From a virus (Duplodnaviria; Heunggongvirae; Uroviricota; Caudoviricetes), in the IMG/VR virus record IMGVR_UViG_2663763339_000005, positions 1 through 45,686 of that record: 45,686 nt of DNA; one strand, 5' to 3'. This document shows, in pieces, positions 9,588 to 23,308 of this stretch. A program made the translations under genes and the position numbers. The stretch's first letter is position 1; every line of letters begins with the position of its first letter. The notes below the pieces were generated by a model. The model saw only the letters and a list, made by a program, of their open reading frames with translations. It did not search any database and had not been told where the DNA came from.

Positions 9588-11114
9588 ATGAAAAAAGCCA
9601 TAGCATATATGCGATTTTCATCACCAGGTCAGATGTCTGGCGACTCATTAAACCGACAGAGAAGACTTATTGCTGAATGGTTAAAGGTAAATAGTGATTA
9701 TTATCTTGATACCATAACATATGAAGATTTAGGATTAAGTGCATTCAAAGGAAAGCATGCACAATCAGGAGCTTTTTCGGAATTTTTAGATGCTATAGAG
9801 CATGGTTATATATTGCCAGGAACTACATTGTTAGTTGAAAGTCTGGACAGACTTTCAAGAGAAAAAGTCGGTGAAGCGATTGAGCGTCTGAAATTGATTT
9901 TGAATCACGGTATTGATGTTATAACTCTTTGCGATAATACAGTCTATAATATTGACTCTTTGAATGATCCATATTCATTAATAAAAGCCATACTTATAGC
10001 ACAAAGGGCAAATGAAGAAAGCGAGATAAAGTCAAGTCGGGTTAAATTATCATGGAAGAAAAAACGGCAGGATGCACTGGAGTCAGGCACGATTATGACG
10101 GCGTCTTGTCCGAGATGGCTCTCCTTAGATGACAAAAGAACGGCTTTTGTTCCAGACCCCGACAGGGTGAAAACTATTGAGCTAATTTTTAAACTCAGGA
10201 TGGAAAGGCGCTCATTGAATGCAATAGCCAAGTATTTAAATGATCATGCTGTAAAGAATTTCTCAGGAAAAGAAAGTGCATGGGGACCTTCTGTAATTGA
10301 AAAATTATTAGCGAATAAAGCTCTGATAGGTATATGCGTACCTTCATATCGTGCAAGAGGTAAAGGAATAAGTGAAATCGCTGGCTATTATCCCAGAGTC
10401 ATATCAGATGATTTGTTTTACGCTGTGCAGGAAATTCGGTTGGCACCTTTTGGTATTAGCAATAGTAGCAAAAACCCTATGTTGATAAATCTACTTCGAA
10501 CAGTTATGAAGTGCGAGGCTTGTGGTAATACCATGATTGTTCATGCGGTATCTGGAAGTTTGCATGGCTATTATGTTTGTCCGATGAGAAGACTGCATCG
10601 ATGTGACAGGCCATCAATAAAGAGAGATTTGGTTGATTATAATATCATTAATGAGTTGCTTTTTAATTGTAGTAAAATCCAACCAGTTGAAAACAAGAAA
10701 GATGCTAATGAAACTTTAGAGTTGAAAATTATTGAGCTCCAGATGAAAATTAATAATTTAATTGCTGCATTATCTGTTGCGCCTGAAGTTACCGCTATAG
10801 CAGAAAAAATCAGAGTATTAGATAAGGAATTACGAAGGGCTTCTGTATCATTAAAAACTTTGAAGAGTAAAGCGGTGAGCTCACTTGGTGATTTTCATGC
10901 TATTGACTTAACCAGTAAAAATGGGCGAGAGCTATGTCGTACACTTGCCTATAAAACATTCGAAAAAATCATAATCAATACAGATAATAAAACCTGTGAT
11001 ATCTATTTTATGAATGGCATTGTTTTTAAACACTATCCTTTAATGAAAACAATATCCGCCCAGCAGGCGATAAGTACTCTCAAATATATGGTTGATGGTG
11101 AGGTTTATTTTTGA
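9588..11114 (+). CDS. ybcK: Large serine recombinase (resolvase-domain N-terminus, zinc ribbon, coiled coil), YbcK-like
   Basis: 508 aa; N-terminal resolvase fold with catalytic Ser in AIAYMRFSSPGQ; cysteine cluster CEACGN...CPMRRLHRC; AT-rich codon usage indicating foreign origin. Confidence 0.85.
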   Translation: MKKAIAYMRFSSPGQMSGDSLNRQRRLIAEWLKVNSDYYLDTITYEDLGLSAFKGKHAQSGAFSEFLDAIEHGYILPGTTLLVESLDRLSREKVGEAIERLKLILNHGIDVITLCDNTVYNIDSLNDPYSLIKAILIAQRANEESEIKSSRVKLSWKKKRQDALESGTIMTASCPRWLSLDDKRTAFVPDPDRVKTIELIFKLRMERRSLNAIAKYLNDHAVKNFSGKESAWGPSVIEKLLANKALIGICVPSYRARGKGISEIAGYYPRVISDDLFYAVQEIRLAPFGISNSSKNPMLINLLRTVMKCEACGNTMIVHAVSGSLHGYYVCPMRRLHRCDRPSIKRDLVDYNIINELLFNCSKIQPVENKKDANETLELKIIELQMKINNLIAALSVAPEVTAIAEKIRVLDKELRRASVSLKTLKSKAVSSLGDFHAIDLTSKNGRELCRTLAYKTFEKIIINTDNKTCDIYFMNGIVFKHYPLMKTISAQQAISTLKYMVDGEVYF

Positions 11115-11225
11115 GTAATAATCACTTTTTCAACCGTGCTATAGTAAGAAAGTTAGGTAAGTACAATAAAATTATCTATCCTGAACGAAGCGTCCTGAGC
11201 TATGGTTTTACTATAGGGACTGCCA

Positions 11226-11543
11226 ATGGATGCTGGCGTTCTCGTTCTAGCAGTTCAACAATCCCCAATCACAAAACAATTCACTGATAACGAACTTTGC
11301 ACACTCGCCTGGTTATGGCGAGCAGGGAATGTGATGTTAATTGCCTACCAGAACGTTACTCATCTTCTTCAGGATGCGGAGCATGGTGAAGCTGGTCACT
11401 TCACTTCCATCGAGCAAGAATATCCCCAGATACTCAACAGAGCGCGAGCAATCCTCGTCCGAGAAACGGCACATGTAAAACTTCAGCCGTGGCAGGATGA
11501 TAAGTGGAGTCGAGTATTGCCGTATTTGCGTCAAATCTGTTAG
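11226..11543 (+). CDS. Hypothetical protein
   Basis: 105-aa ORF in AT-rich island between ybcK and the next ORF; no family recognised. Confidence 0.3.
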   Translation: MDAGVLVLAVQQSPITKQFTDNELCTLAWLWRAGNVMLIAYQNVTHLLQDAEHGEAGHFTSIEQEYPQILNRARAILVRETAHVKLQPWQDDKWSRVLPYLRQIC

Positions 11544-11747
11544 GAGTATAGCCGCCAGCCATGAGTGTTGTATTAAAACAAGGATGTCTATATATGGGAT
11601 AGCGAGAGTATGAATATCAGTTATTTTGAGAGTTAACTGATTGTGAAATTAGTTTTTTTCACAAACGAGTGGGGTTACTATGATGAGTGTTCTAATGCAT
11701 AGGGAACACCTAATTTTTTCAATGAATTCAAATTGATAGGATCAAAA

Positions 11748-12677
11748 ATGGCACAACAGAGAACTACCTCCCTCAGATCCATACCTTTAGACTTAGATGT
11801 TAAGCAAGAGGCTGTCATTAACGGTATAGAAATGGGGGTACTCGATAACGGAATTCCGTACCTTACTCAGAATGGGTTGGCAAATGTTTGTGGTGTTCAG
11901 CGTTTGCGAATCAAGGAAATTACCGATGAGTGGGCTCAATCCGTTGAGAACGGTATTTTCAAAAAAGGAAGAATGACTTTTATTGGTACATATCTTCTTA
12001 ATGAAGGTTTTACAGATGAAAAACTTTATATACCAATAATTCGAAATGGTGTTGAGTACCATGCTTATCCAGATGTTGTATGCATGGCTATACTTGAATA
12101 CTATGCCTTTGAAGCAAAACAAGCAGAAAGTGAGACTGCAATTAGATCTTACAGAGAGCTTGCTAAAAAAGGCCTCAAGACATTTATATACGAGGCGCTA
12201 AAATATCAACCGGAGGACCCGTGGAGGCATTACCATGACAGAGTATCTTTATTAAAAGATAAGGGAACCATACCTGATGGGTATTTCATTATATTTAATG
12301 AAATTGCAGGTATGATGGTAGATCTCATCAATGCTGGATTAGCGATTAATCAGCATACCGTACCTGATGGCAGTGTTGGTTCTTGCTGGGCGCGTCACTG
12401 GAAAGCAAAGGGGTTAGCAACAGAATTTGGAGAAAGAGTAGACTGTGAGCATTATTACCCTGAAGATTTTCTTCAGGCAAGTTCCAATCCTCAGATCATT
12501 AATGCCTATCCTGATTCTGCATTGTCAGAGTTTCGTAGATGGTTTAAGCATGAATATTTAACCACAAAGTTCCCACCGTATATTCTTAAAAAATCAAACG
12601 TGCTTCCTGGTGGTACAGAAGATGCTAATCGTCTGATAGAAGCTTTCAAAAAATCAGAGCTAGAAAATAAACCATAA
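11748..12677 (+). CDS. Hypothetical phage moron protein (possible antirepressor-like N-terminal domain)
   Basis: ORF 11733..12677; start at Met 11748 preceded by AGGA; ~309 aa; AT-rich; occupies the slot where K-12 DLP12 has ybcL/ybcM; function unassigned. Confidence 0.45.
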   Translation: MAQQRTTSLRSIPLDLDVKQEAVINGIEMGVLDNGIPYLTQNGLANVCGVQRLRIKEITDEWAQSVENGIFKKGRMTFIGTYLLNEGFTDEKLYIPIIRNGVEYHAYPDVVCMAILEYYAFEAKQAESETAIRSYRELAKKGLKTFIYEALKYQPEDPWRHYHDRVSLLKDKGTIPDGYFIIFNEIAGMMVDLINAGLAINQHTVPDGSVGSCWARHWKAKGLATEFGERVDCEHYYPEDFLQASSNPQIINAYPDSALSEFRRWFKHEYLTTKFPPYILKKSNVLPGGTEDANRLIEAFKKSELENKP

Positions 12678-12873
12678 TTGTTTTTTGGCTTTTGATTTTA
12701 CATAATCATTTTGCCATAATCATGTCATCGGAGCCTGAACAACTCCGGTGACTTCTGCGCTAAACGGGGACGTTTATGCGCACATACAATCCAAACTCTC
12801 TTCTCCCTTCACAGATGCAGAGATGCACCTGCGATTTTTTGCATCCAGCGTTTGACCTCTGCGGAGGTGAAGC

Positions 12874-13329
12874 GTGAATCTCCCACAAGATGGCATCAAA
12901 TTACATCGCGGTAACTTCACCGCTATCGGTCGGCAGATCCAGCCTTATCTGGAGGAGGGCAAATGCTTTCGCATGGTGCTTAAACCGTGGCGTGAGAAAC
13001 GCAGTCTTTCCCAGAATGCACTCAGCCACATGTGGTACAGCGAAATCAGTGAATACCTCATCAACAGGGGTAAAACGTTCGCCACTCCAGCTTGGGTAAA
13101 AGATGCTCTCAAACACACATATCTCGGTTATGAAACCAAAGACCTGGTTGATGTCGTAACCGGTGATATCACCACTATCCAGTCGTTACGCCATACCTCC
13201 GATCTTGATACCGGAGAGATGTATGTCTTCCTGTGTAAGGTTGAAGCCTGGGCGGTGAATATTGGCTGCCACCTGACTATTCCGCAGAGCTGCGAGTTCC
13301 AGCTGCTCCGTGACAAGCAGGAGGCGTAA
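12874..13329 (+). CDS. ybcN: NinB/YbcN-family protein
   Basis: 151 aa recalled as matching E. coli YbcN; begins the nin-like gene string with translationally coupled downstream genes. Confidence 0.8.
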   Translation: MNLPQDGIKLHRGNFTAIGRQIQPYLEEGKCFRMVLKPWREKRSLSQNALSHMWYSEISEYLINRGKTFATPAWVKDALKHTYLGYETKDLVDVVTGDITTIQSLRHTSDLDTGEMYVFLCKVEAWAVNIGCHLTIPQSCEFQLLRDKQEA

Positions 13330-13499
13330 TGGCTACACCGCTTATTCGTGTCATGAACGGACACATCTACAGAGTATCAAATCGTCGTAAGCGTAAGCCT
13401 GAGCCGAAGCCATCCGAAATACCAACACTGCTCGGATATACCGCTAGCCTGGTTGATAAAAAATGGTTGCGACTGGCAGCAAGGAGGAATCATGGCTGA
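13329..13499 (+). CDS. ninE: NinE-like small protein
   Basis: 56-aa ORF ([56 protein letters not shown]) read from sequence; TAATG overlap with ybcN stop; below six-frame track cutoff. Confidence 0.75.
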   Translation: MATPLIRVMNGHIYRVSNRRKRKPEPKPSEIPTLLGYTASLVDKKWLRLAARRNHG

Positions 13500-13782
13500 T
13501 TTGAGAAAAGCAGCGCGTGGTCGGGAATGCCAGGTAAGAATCCCTGGCGTATGTAATGGCAATTCTGAAACGTCTGTACTGGCACATATCCGGCTGGCTG
13601 GATTGTGCGGTACCGGTATCAAACCGCCAGACCTGATTGCCACCATTGCATGTTCTGCCTGCCACGACGAAATCGACCGCCGCACACATTTTGTCGATGC
13701 TGCATATGCAAAAGAATGCGCGCTGGAAGGTATGGCGAGAACACAGGTTATCTGGCTGAAAGAGGGGGTTATTAAGGCGTGA
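13492..13782 (+). CDS. ybcO: YbcO-like nuclease (DUF1364 family)
   Basis: ORF 13453..13782 with start at [34 protein letters not shown]...; cysteine/histidine-rich; overlaps ninE stop. Confidence 0.8.
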   Translation: MADLRKAARGRECQVRIPGVCNGNSETSVLAHIRLAGLCGTGIKPPDLIATIACSACHDEIDRRTHFVDAAYAKECALEGMARTQVIWLKEGVIKA

Positions 13783-14141
13783 ATACCTACAGCATCACAT
13801 TACCCTGGCCTCCGAGCAATAATCGCTATTACCGCCATAATCGCGGGCGCACGCACATCAGCGCAGAAGGGCAGGCATACCGCGATAACGTCACCCGAAT
13901 CATTAAAAACGCAATGCTGGATATCGGCCTGGCTATGCCAGTGAAAATCCGTATTGAGTGCCACATGCCGGATCGCCGTCGCCGTGACCTGGATAATCTG
14001 CAAAAAGCCGCTTTTGACGCACTCACCAAAGCAGGTTTCTGGCTGGATGATGCTCAGGTCGTTGATTACCGCGTTGTGAAGATGCCTGTTACCAAAGGTG
14101 GGAGGCTGGAACTGACCATCACCGAAATGGGGAATGAATGA
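13779..14141 (+). CDS. rusA: Holliday junction resolvase RusA
   Basis: 120 aa matching RusA ([36 protein letters not shown]...DLDNL). Confidence 0.93.
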   Translation: MNTYSITLPWPPSNNRYYRHNRGRTHISAEGQAYRDNVTRIIKNAMLDIGLAMPVKIRIECHMPDRRRRDLDNLQKAAFDALTKAGFWLDDAQVVDYRVVKMPVTKGGRLELTITEMGNE

Positions 14142-14278
14142 TGTTTGAGTTTTATATGGCAGAACTTCTTCGCCACCGCTGGGGGCATCTGCGCTTATAT
14201 CGTTTCCCCGGTTCTGTTTTGACCGATTACCGAATACTGAAGAATTACGCCAAAACCCTGACAGGAGCAGGAGTATGA
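14138..14278 (+). CDS. ylcG: YlcG-like small protein
   Basis: 46-aa [49 protein letters not shown] read from sequence, overlapping rusA stop. Confidence 0.7.
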   Translation: MMFEFYMAELLRHRWGHLRLYRFPGSVLTDYRILKNYAKTLTGAGV

Positions 14279-14363
14279 AGTCAGAGATAACAATCAACTA
14301 ATACTGTTTTGTTGATTTTTGCTTGTAATTGGCGTTCTGGTCTGATTTTTGTGGAGTAAGTTG

Positions 14364-14747
14364 ATGCGTGATATTCAGATGGTTCTTGAGCGTTGGGGAG
14401 CGTGGGCGGCTAATAATCATGAAGATGTGACCTGGTCGTCCATTGCCGCCGGTTTTAAGGGATTAATTACTTCAAAAGTAAAATCTCGCCCGCAATGTTG
14501 TGACGATGACGCGATGATTATTTGCGGGTGCATGGCCCGTCTGAAAAAGAACAACAGCGATTTGCACGATTTATTAGTAGATTATTATGTAGTCGGTATG
14601 ACATTCATGTCACTGGCAGGTAAGCATTGCTGCTCTGATGGTTATATCGGGAAAAGGTTACAGAAGGCTGAGGGCATAATTGAAGGGATGTTAATGGCAT
14701 TAGATATCCGGTTAGAGATGGATATCGTTGTTAATAACTCTAATTAA
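14364..14747 (+). CDS. quuD: Late-gene antiterminator Q (QuuD type)
   Basis: ORF 14349..14747; start at [22 protein letters not shown]...; cysteine cluster [12 protein letters not shown]; position upstream of lysis cassette. Confidence 0.9.
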   Translation: MRDIQMVLERWGAWAANNHEDVTWSSIAAGFKGLITSKVKSRPQCCDDDAMIICGCMARLKKNNSDLHDLLVDYYVVGMTFMSLAGKHCCSDGYIGKRLQKAEGIIEGMLMALDIRLEMDIVVNNSN

Positions 14748-14885
14748 TATGCCAATTGTTTACTAAAAATTATTAAAAATGGGGCGTTGAGACGCCCCCA
14801 AAAATAAAGGGTAATATATAACAGAAGGTTTATATAGTTAGAAGCAAGGTTGTGCTTCTAAAGGAAGTGGCTTGAGGGAGCCACT

Positions 14886-14925
14886 TATATGTTGGGGAGG
14901 CAACGCCTCCCGCAACATATCTTTT
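14886..14925. terminator. Bidirectional rho-independent terminator between Q and convergent nmpC
   Basis: Long palindrome ATATGTTGGGGAGGCAACGCCTCCCGCAACATAT followed by CTTTTTCG; a second hairpin GGGGCGTTGAGACGCCCC lies at about 14780-14797. Confidence 0.7.
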
Positions 14926-14936
14926 TCGTAATCAGA

Positions 14937-16034
14937 TTAGAACTGGTAAACCAGACCTACAGCAACGATGTCATCAGTGCTTACACCGAGTGCTTTAGTG
15001 AAGTCATTTTTGTCAAGCAGGTTGATTTTGTAATCAACGAAAGTAGACATATTTTTGTTGAAGTAATAGGTTGCACCTACATCAACATATTTGACTAAGT
15101 CCTGATCGCCCCATACTCCAAGATCTTTACCTTTAGATTGCAGGTAAGCAACGGACGGACGCAGACCGAAATCGAACTGATATTGTGCAACAGCTTCGAA
15201 GTTTTGGGCTTTATTAGCAACGAAGTGATCAGCAAATACAGTCATATTCTGGGTTTCAGAATAGGTAGTGGCCAGGTAAATGTTGTTAGCGTCATATTTC
15301 AGACCTGCGGCCCAAACTTCTGCATTTTTACCGGAAGCAAATACTTCAGGAAGAACTTTCCCTGCATTAACTTGAGTGTCGGTACGATCAGATTTCGCAT
15401 AAGTTGCACCGATACCGAATCCTTCGTATTCATAGGTAGCAGAGAAACCGAAGCCATCACCGTTACCTTCAGTGTAGTTATCGAAATCGCTACGATCGTT
15501 TTTGCCTTGGTACTGAGCAGCAAAGTTCAGACCATCAACCAGACCAAAGAAGTCGTTGTTACGATAGGTTGCAACACCAGTGGTGCGACCAGTCATGAAC
15601 ACATCTGTTTGGGTCCAGGTATCGCCACCGAATTCTGGCAGAACGTCAGTCCACGCACCGATGTCGTATGCTACACCGTAGTTACGGCCGTAATCGATTG
15701 AGCCGTAGTCACCGAATTTCAGGCCTGCAAATGCAAGACGGGTTTTGTCTTTGGAGGAACCTTGAGATTCAGCGCGGTTGCCTTTGAATTCATATTCCCA
15801 CTGACCGAAACCAGTCAGTTGATCGTTGATTTGGGTTTCACCTTTGAAGCCAAGACGGGCATAAGTAGTATCACCATCATCTGCATCATTAGAGGAGAAG
15901 TAGTGCTTGGCATTAACTTTCCCGTACAGATCCAGCTTGTTACTGTCTTTATTATAAATTTCAGCTGCCTGAGCAGACATCGCCATCAGTACTGATGCAG
16001 CTACAGCAGAAATTGCCACTGTTAATTTTTTCAT
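14937..16034 (-). CDS. nmpC: Outer membrane porin NmpC (OmpC/OmpF family), intact
   Basis: 365 aa with signal peptide [23 protein letters not shown] and C-terminal ...VGLVYQF beta-barrel terminus; no IS interruption. Confidence 0.93.
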   Translation of the reverse strand: MKKLTVAISAVAASVLMAMSAQAAEIYNKDSNKLDLYGKVNAKHYFSSNDADDGDTTYARLGFKGETQINDQLTGFGQWEYEFKGNRAESQGSSKDKTRLAFAGLKFGDYGSIDYGRNYGVAYDIGAWTDVLPEFGGDTWTQTDVFMTGRTTGVATYRNNDFFGLVDGLNFAAQYQGKNDRSDFDNYTEGNGDGFGFSATYEYEGFGIGATYAKSDRTDTQVNAGKVLPEVFASGKNAEVWAAGLKYDANNIYLATTYSETQNMTVFADHFVANKAQNFEAVAQYQFDFGLRPSVAYLQSKGKDLGVWGDQDLVKYVDVGATYYFNKNMSTFVDYKINLLDKNDFTKALGVSTDDIVAVGLVYQF

Positions 16035-16622
16035 CGTGAGCCCTTTTTTTTGAACTATTATTAAAAAATGATGTCACTGCGCGATAAATATTCATCTAAT
16101 CAATGTGATTATTTCAAGATGTAAGTTTTAGTTTCTCATTTAATTTGTGAAGTAGATCTCTATTTTTATCTGAACTTTTTCTATCGAAACCTATTTATGG
16201 CTCTTATTTGAACAAAAATAAACCTATTAGCTAATTTATATTAATGGTTGTTATTTATGGAGGTTCTATAATTCGGCAGTTTAATTTAAATCAACTAAAA
16301 ATAACGTCTGAAATTATTTATTGGTTATTTGTTGAGGTTTTCTTATGTATTTGTGGTGGTGTTTTGAACACTCGGTAGCATTCTCATAAATATCATTCAG
16401 TGGTTTACGTACGTAAAAAATTGGTTATGCTGTTAAGAGTGGTTACTTCGTCACACAGCTTAAACCCGCCGTCGAGCTGGTTTTTCCATTTTTTGAGTCT
16501 CGATATTAGCTGATAACTCAATACCTGAGTTATTCACTGACTCCGAGTCTGTTACGTTTCTGCTTTTTTGCGATACGTTGTATTCCCTCAATTTACACCC
16601 GCTTTGTCTGCGAGGTGGGGTT

Positions 16623-16838
16623 ATGAAATCCATGGATAAGTTAACAACGGGTGTCGCCTATGGCACCTCAGCAGGTAGTGCCGGTTACTGGTTTTTACAG
16701 CTGCTCGATAAAGTCACGCCCTCACAGTGGGCAGCAATAGGTGTGCTGGGTAGCCTGGTATTTGGCCTGCTGACGTACCTGACAAACCTTTATTTCAAGA
16801 TTAAAGAAGATAAGCGCAAGGCTGCGAGAGGTGAATAA
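16623..16838 (+). CDS. essD: Holin, phage-21 S-type (pinholin), EssD
   Basis: ORF 16578..16838; start at [28 protein letters not shown]...; two TM segments; immediately upstream of endolysin. Confidence 0.88.
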
Positions 16839-17335
16839 TGCCTCCATCATTACGAAAAGCCGTTGCTGCTGCTATTGGTGGCGGAGCAATTGCTATAGCA
16901 TCAGTGTTAATTACTGGCCCAAGTGGTAACGATGGTCTGGAAGGTGTCAGCTACATACCATACAAAGATATTGTTGGTGTATGGACTGTATGTCACGGGC
17001 ATACAGGAAAAGACATCATGCTCGGTAAAACGTATACCAAAGCAGAATGCAAAGCCCTCCTGAATAAAGACCTTGCCACGGTCGCCAGACAAATTAACCC
17101 GTACATCAAAGTCGATATACCGGAAACAATGCGCGGCGCTCTTTACTCATTCGTTTACAACGTGGGTGCTGGCAATTTCAGAACATCGACGCTTCTTCGC
17201 AAAATAAACCAGGGCGATATCAAAGGCGCATGTGATCAGCTACGTCGCTGGACATATGCTGGCGGTAAGCAATGGAAAGGCCTGATGACTCGTCGTGAGA
17301 TTGAGCGTGAAGTCTGTTTGTGGGGGCAACAGTGA
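16838..17335 (+). CDS. rrrD: SAR endolysin (lysozyme), RrrD
   Basis: 165 aa; N-terminal signal-anchor-release segment ([20 protein letters not shown]) plus lysozyme fold; recalled as matching RrrD/phage 21 R. Confidence 0.92.
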   Translation: MPPSLRKAVAAAIGGGAIAIASVLITGPSGNDGLEGVSYIPYKDIVGVWTVCHGHTGKDIMLGKTYTKAECKALLNKDLATVARQINPYIKVDIPETMRGALYSFVYNVGAGNFRTSTLLRKINQGDIKGACDQLRRWTYAGGKQWKGLMTRREIEREVCLWGQQ

Positions 17336-17793
17336 GCAGAGTAACCGCGATTATATCCGCTCTGATTATCTGCATCATCGTCAGCCTGTCATGGGCGGTC
17401 AATCATTACCGTGATAACGCAATCGCCTACAAAGCCCAGCGCGACAAAAATGCCAGAGAACTGAAGCTAGCGAACGCGGCAATTACTGACATGCAGATGC
17501 GTCAGCGTGATGTTGCTGCGCTCGATGCAAAATACACGAAGGAGTTAGCTGATGCGAAAGCTGAAAATGATGCTCTGCGTGATGATGTTGCCGCTGGTCG
17601 TCGTCGGTTGCACATCAAAGCAGTCTGTCAGTCAGTGCGTGAAGCCACCACGGCCTCCGGCGTGGATAATGCAGCCTCCCCCCGACTGGCAGACACCGCT
17701 GAACGGGATTATTTCACCCTCAGAGAGAGGCTGATCACTATGCAAAAACAACTGGAAGGAACCCAGAAGTATATTAATGAGCAGTGCAGATAG
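17320..17793 (+). CDS. rzpD: i-spanin Rz (RzpD)
   Basis: N-terminal TM helix and coiled-coil periplasmic domain; GTG-initiated (17320 or 17332), overlapping endolysin stop. Confidence 0.88.
   Translation: MGATVSRVTAIISALIICIIVSLSWAVNHYRDNAIAYKAQRDKNARELKLANAAITDMQMRQRDVAALDAKYTKELADAKAENDALRDDVAAGRRRLHIKAVCQSVREATTASGVDNAASPRLADTAERDYFTLRERLITMQKQLEGTQKYINEQCR
17552..17734 (+). CDS. rzoD: o-spanin Rz1 (RzoD), lipoprotein embedded in Rz in +1 frame
   Basis: 60 aa with lipobox LVVVGC and proline-rich mature region, fully nested in rz. Confidence 0.88.
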   Translation: MRKLKMMLCVMMLPLVVVGCTSKQSVSQCVKPPRPPAWIMQPPPDWQTPLNGIISPSERG

Positions 17794-17824
17794 AGCTGAC
17801 CATATCGATGGGCAACTCATGCAA

Positions 17825-18118
17825 TTATTTTGAGCAATACACACGCGCTTCCAGCGGAGTATAAATGCCTAAAGTAATAAAACCGAGCAATCCATTTACG
17901 AATGTTTGCTGGGTTTCTGTTTTAACAACATTTTCTGCGCCGCCACAAATTTTGGCTGCATCGACAGTTTTCTTCTGCCCAATTCCCGAAACGAAGAAAT
18001 GATGGGTGATGGTTTCCTTTGGTGTTACTGCTGTCGGTTTGTTTCCAACAGTAAACGTCTGTTGAGCACATCCTGTAATAAGCATTGCCAGAGCGGCAGA
18101 AAACAACATTTTTTTCAT
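17825..18118 (-). CDS. borD: Bor lipoprotein (serum resistance-associated)
   Basis: ORF 17825..18166; start at MKKMLFSAALAMLITGCAQQ (lipobox); recalled as matching lambda Bor. Confidence 0.9.
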   Translation of the reverse strand: MKKMLFSAALAMLITGCAQQTFTVGNKPTAVTPKETITHHFFVSGIGQKKTVDAAKICGGAENVVKTETQQTFVNGLLGFITLGIYTPLEARVYCSK

Positions 18119-18477
18119 CTTATTATCCTGCATTGTTAAAAACGGCAGAATCCTATGTGACAACAATTAAACGATAGTTAAATGGATTGATGAAAATTAA
18201 AACTATATAGGTGGATGCTCAGCCTATTGGAGGAGGGGGGCACTCAGAATCCTGTGGAATGAAATAAACCGCTCTATCTGTCCATTACCCTTTTAGCTGC
18301 GCTGTATCGTCGCCGTATTCCCGCATTAACCATGACCGTAGCCCGACGGGGAATTCCTTCTGCGTGAGTGTGCGGGAATAATCAAAAACGATGCACACCG
18401 GGTTTTACTGTGCTGACAGACGCAGGGTTACCCTCATAGTCGCTTTTCCGGTGCGATGGTGGAAGAAACCGGGATGT

Positions 18478-18672
18478 TCATCCATCATCACTTTGGATTG
18501 ATGTATATGCTCTCTTTTCTGACGTTAGTCTCCGACGGCAGGCTTCAATGACCCAGGCTGAGAAATTCCCAGACCCTTTTTGCTCAAGAGCGATGTTAAT
18601 TTGTTCAATCATTTGGTTAGGAAAGCGGATGTTGCGGGTTGTTGTTCTGCGGGTTCTGTTCTTCGTTGACAT
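18478..18672 (-). CDS. YlcI-like small protein (DUF3950-like)
   Basis: 64 aa MSTKNRTRRTTTRNIRFPNQMIEQINIALEQKGSGNFSAWVIEACRRRL...; recalled as DLP12 ylcI-like. Confidence 0.6.
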   Translation of the reverse strand: MSTKNRTRRTTTRNIRFPNQMIEQINIALEQKGSGNFSAWVIEACRRRLTSEKRAYTSIQSDDG

Positions 18673-18834
18673 GAGGTTGCCCCGTATTCAGTGTCGCTGA
18701 TTTGTATTGTCTGAAGTTGTTTTTACGTTAAGTTGATGCAGATCAATTAATACGATACCTGCGTCATAATTGATTATTTGACGTGGTTTGATGGCGTAGA
18801 TGCACGTTGTGACATGTAGATGATAATTATTATC

Positions 18835-19050
18835 ATTTTTGCGGGTCCTTTCCGGCGATCCGACAGGTTACGGGGCGGCGACCTCGCGGGTTTTCGCTAT
18901 TTATGAAAATTTTCCGGTTTAAGGCGTTTCCGTTCTTCTTCGTCATAACTTAATGTTTTTATTTAAAATACCCTCTGAAAAGAAAGGAAACGACAGGTGC
19001 TGAAAGCGAGCTTTTTGGCCTCTGTCGTTTCCTTTCTCTGTTTTTGTCCG
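18835..19050 (+). other. Helper prophage cos site (cosQ-cosN-cosB); cosN 12-nt cohesive end GGGCGGCGACCT at 18863-18874
   Basis: Sequence gcgggtcctttccggcgatccgacaggttacgGGGCGGCGACCTcgcgggttttcgctatttatgaaaattttccggtttaagg... matches the remembered lambda genome ends; immediately upstream of Nu1. Confidence 0.93.
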
Positions 19051-19061
19051 TGGAATGAACA

Positions 19062-19581
19062 ATGGAAGTCAACAAAAAGCAGCTGGCTGACATTTTCGGT
19101 GCGAGTATCCGTACCATTCAGAACTGGCAGGAACAGGGAATGCCCGTTCTGCGAGGCGGTGGCAAGGGTAATGAGGTGCTTTATGACTCTGCCGCCGTCA
19201 TAAAATGGTATGCCGAAAGGGATGCTGAAATTGAGAACGAAAAGCTGCGCCGGGAAGTTGAAGAACTGCGGCAGGCCAGCGAGACAGATCTCCAGCCAGG
19301 GACTATTGAGTACGAACGCCATCGACTTACGCGTGCGCAGGCCGACGCACAGGAGCTGAAAAATGCCAGAGACTCCGCTGAAGTGGTGGAAACCGCATTC
19401 TGTACTTTCGTGCTGTCGCGGATCGCAGGTGAAATTGCCAGTATTCTCGACGGGATCCCCCTGTCGGTGCAGCGGCGTTTTCCGGAACTGGAAAACCGAC
19501 ATGTTGATTTCCTGAAACGGGATATCATCAAAGCCATGAACAAAGCAGCCGCGCTGGATGAACTGATACCGGGGTTGCTGA

Positions 19582-19607
<26 letters not shown>
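19062..19607 (+). CDS. nu1: Terminase small subunit Nu1
   Basis: 181 aa matching lambda Nu1 (MEVNKKQLADIFGASIRTIQNWQEQGMPV...). Confidence 0.96.

Positions 19608-23288
<3,681 letters not shown>

Positions 23289-23308
<20 letters not shown>

Noticed and set aside
11670-11700. TGTGA...TCACA palindrome upstream of the ~309-aa moron gene as a CRP site
   Set aside because: Half-site spacing (~14 bp) does not fit the CRP consensus (6 bp); kept only as an unassigned palindrome.
16035-16577. Possible IS element upstream of or within nmpC (as IS5 in K-12)
   Set aside because: No transposase-like ORF or terminal inverted repeats; the porin ORF is uninterrupted; region reads as an AT-rich promoter/regulatory interval.
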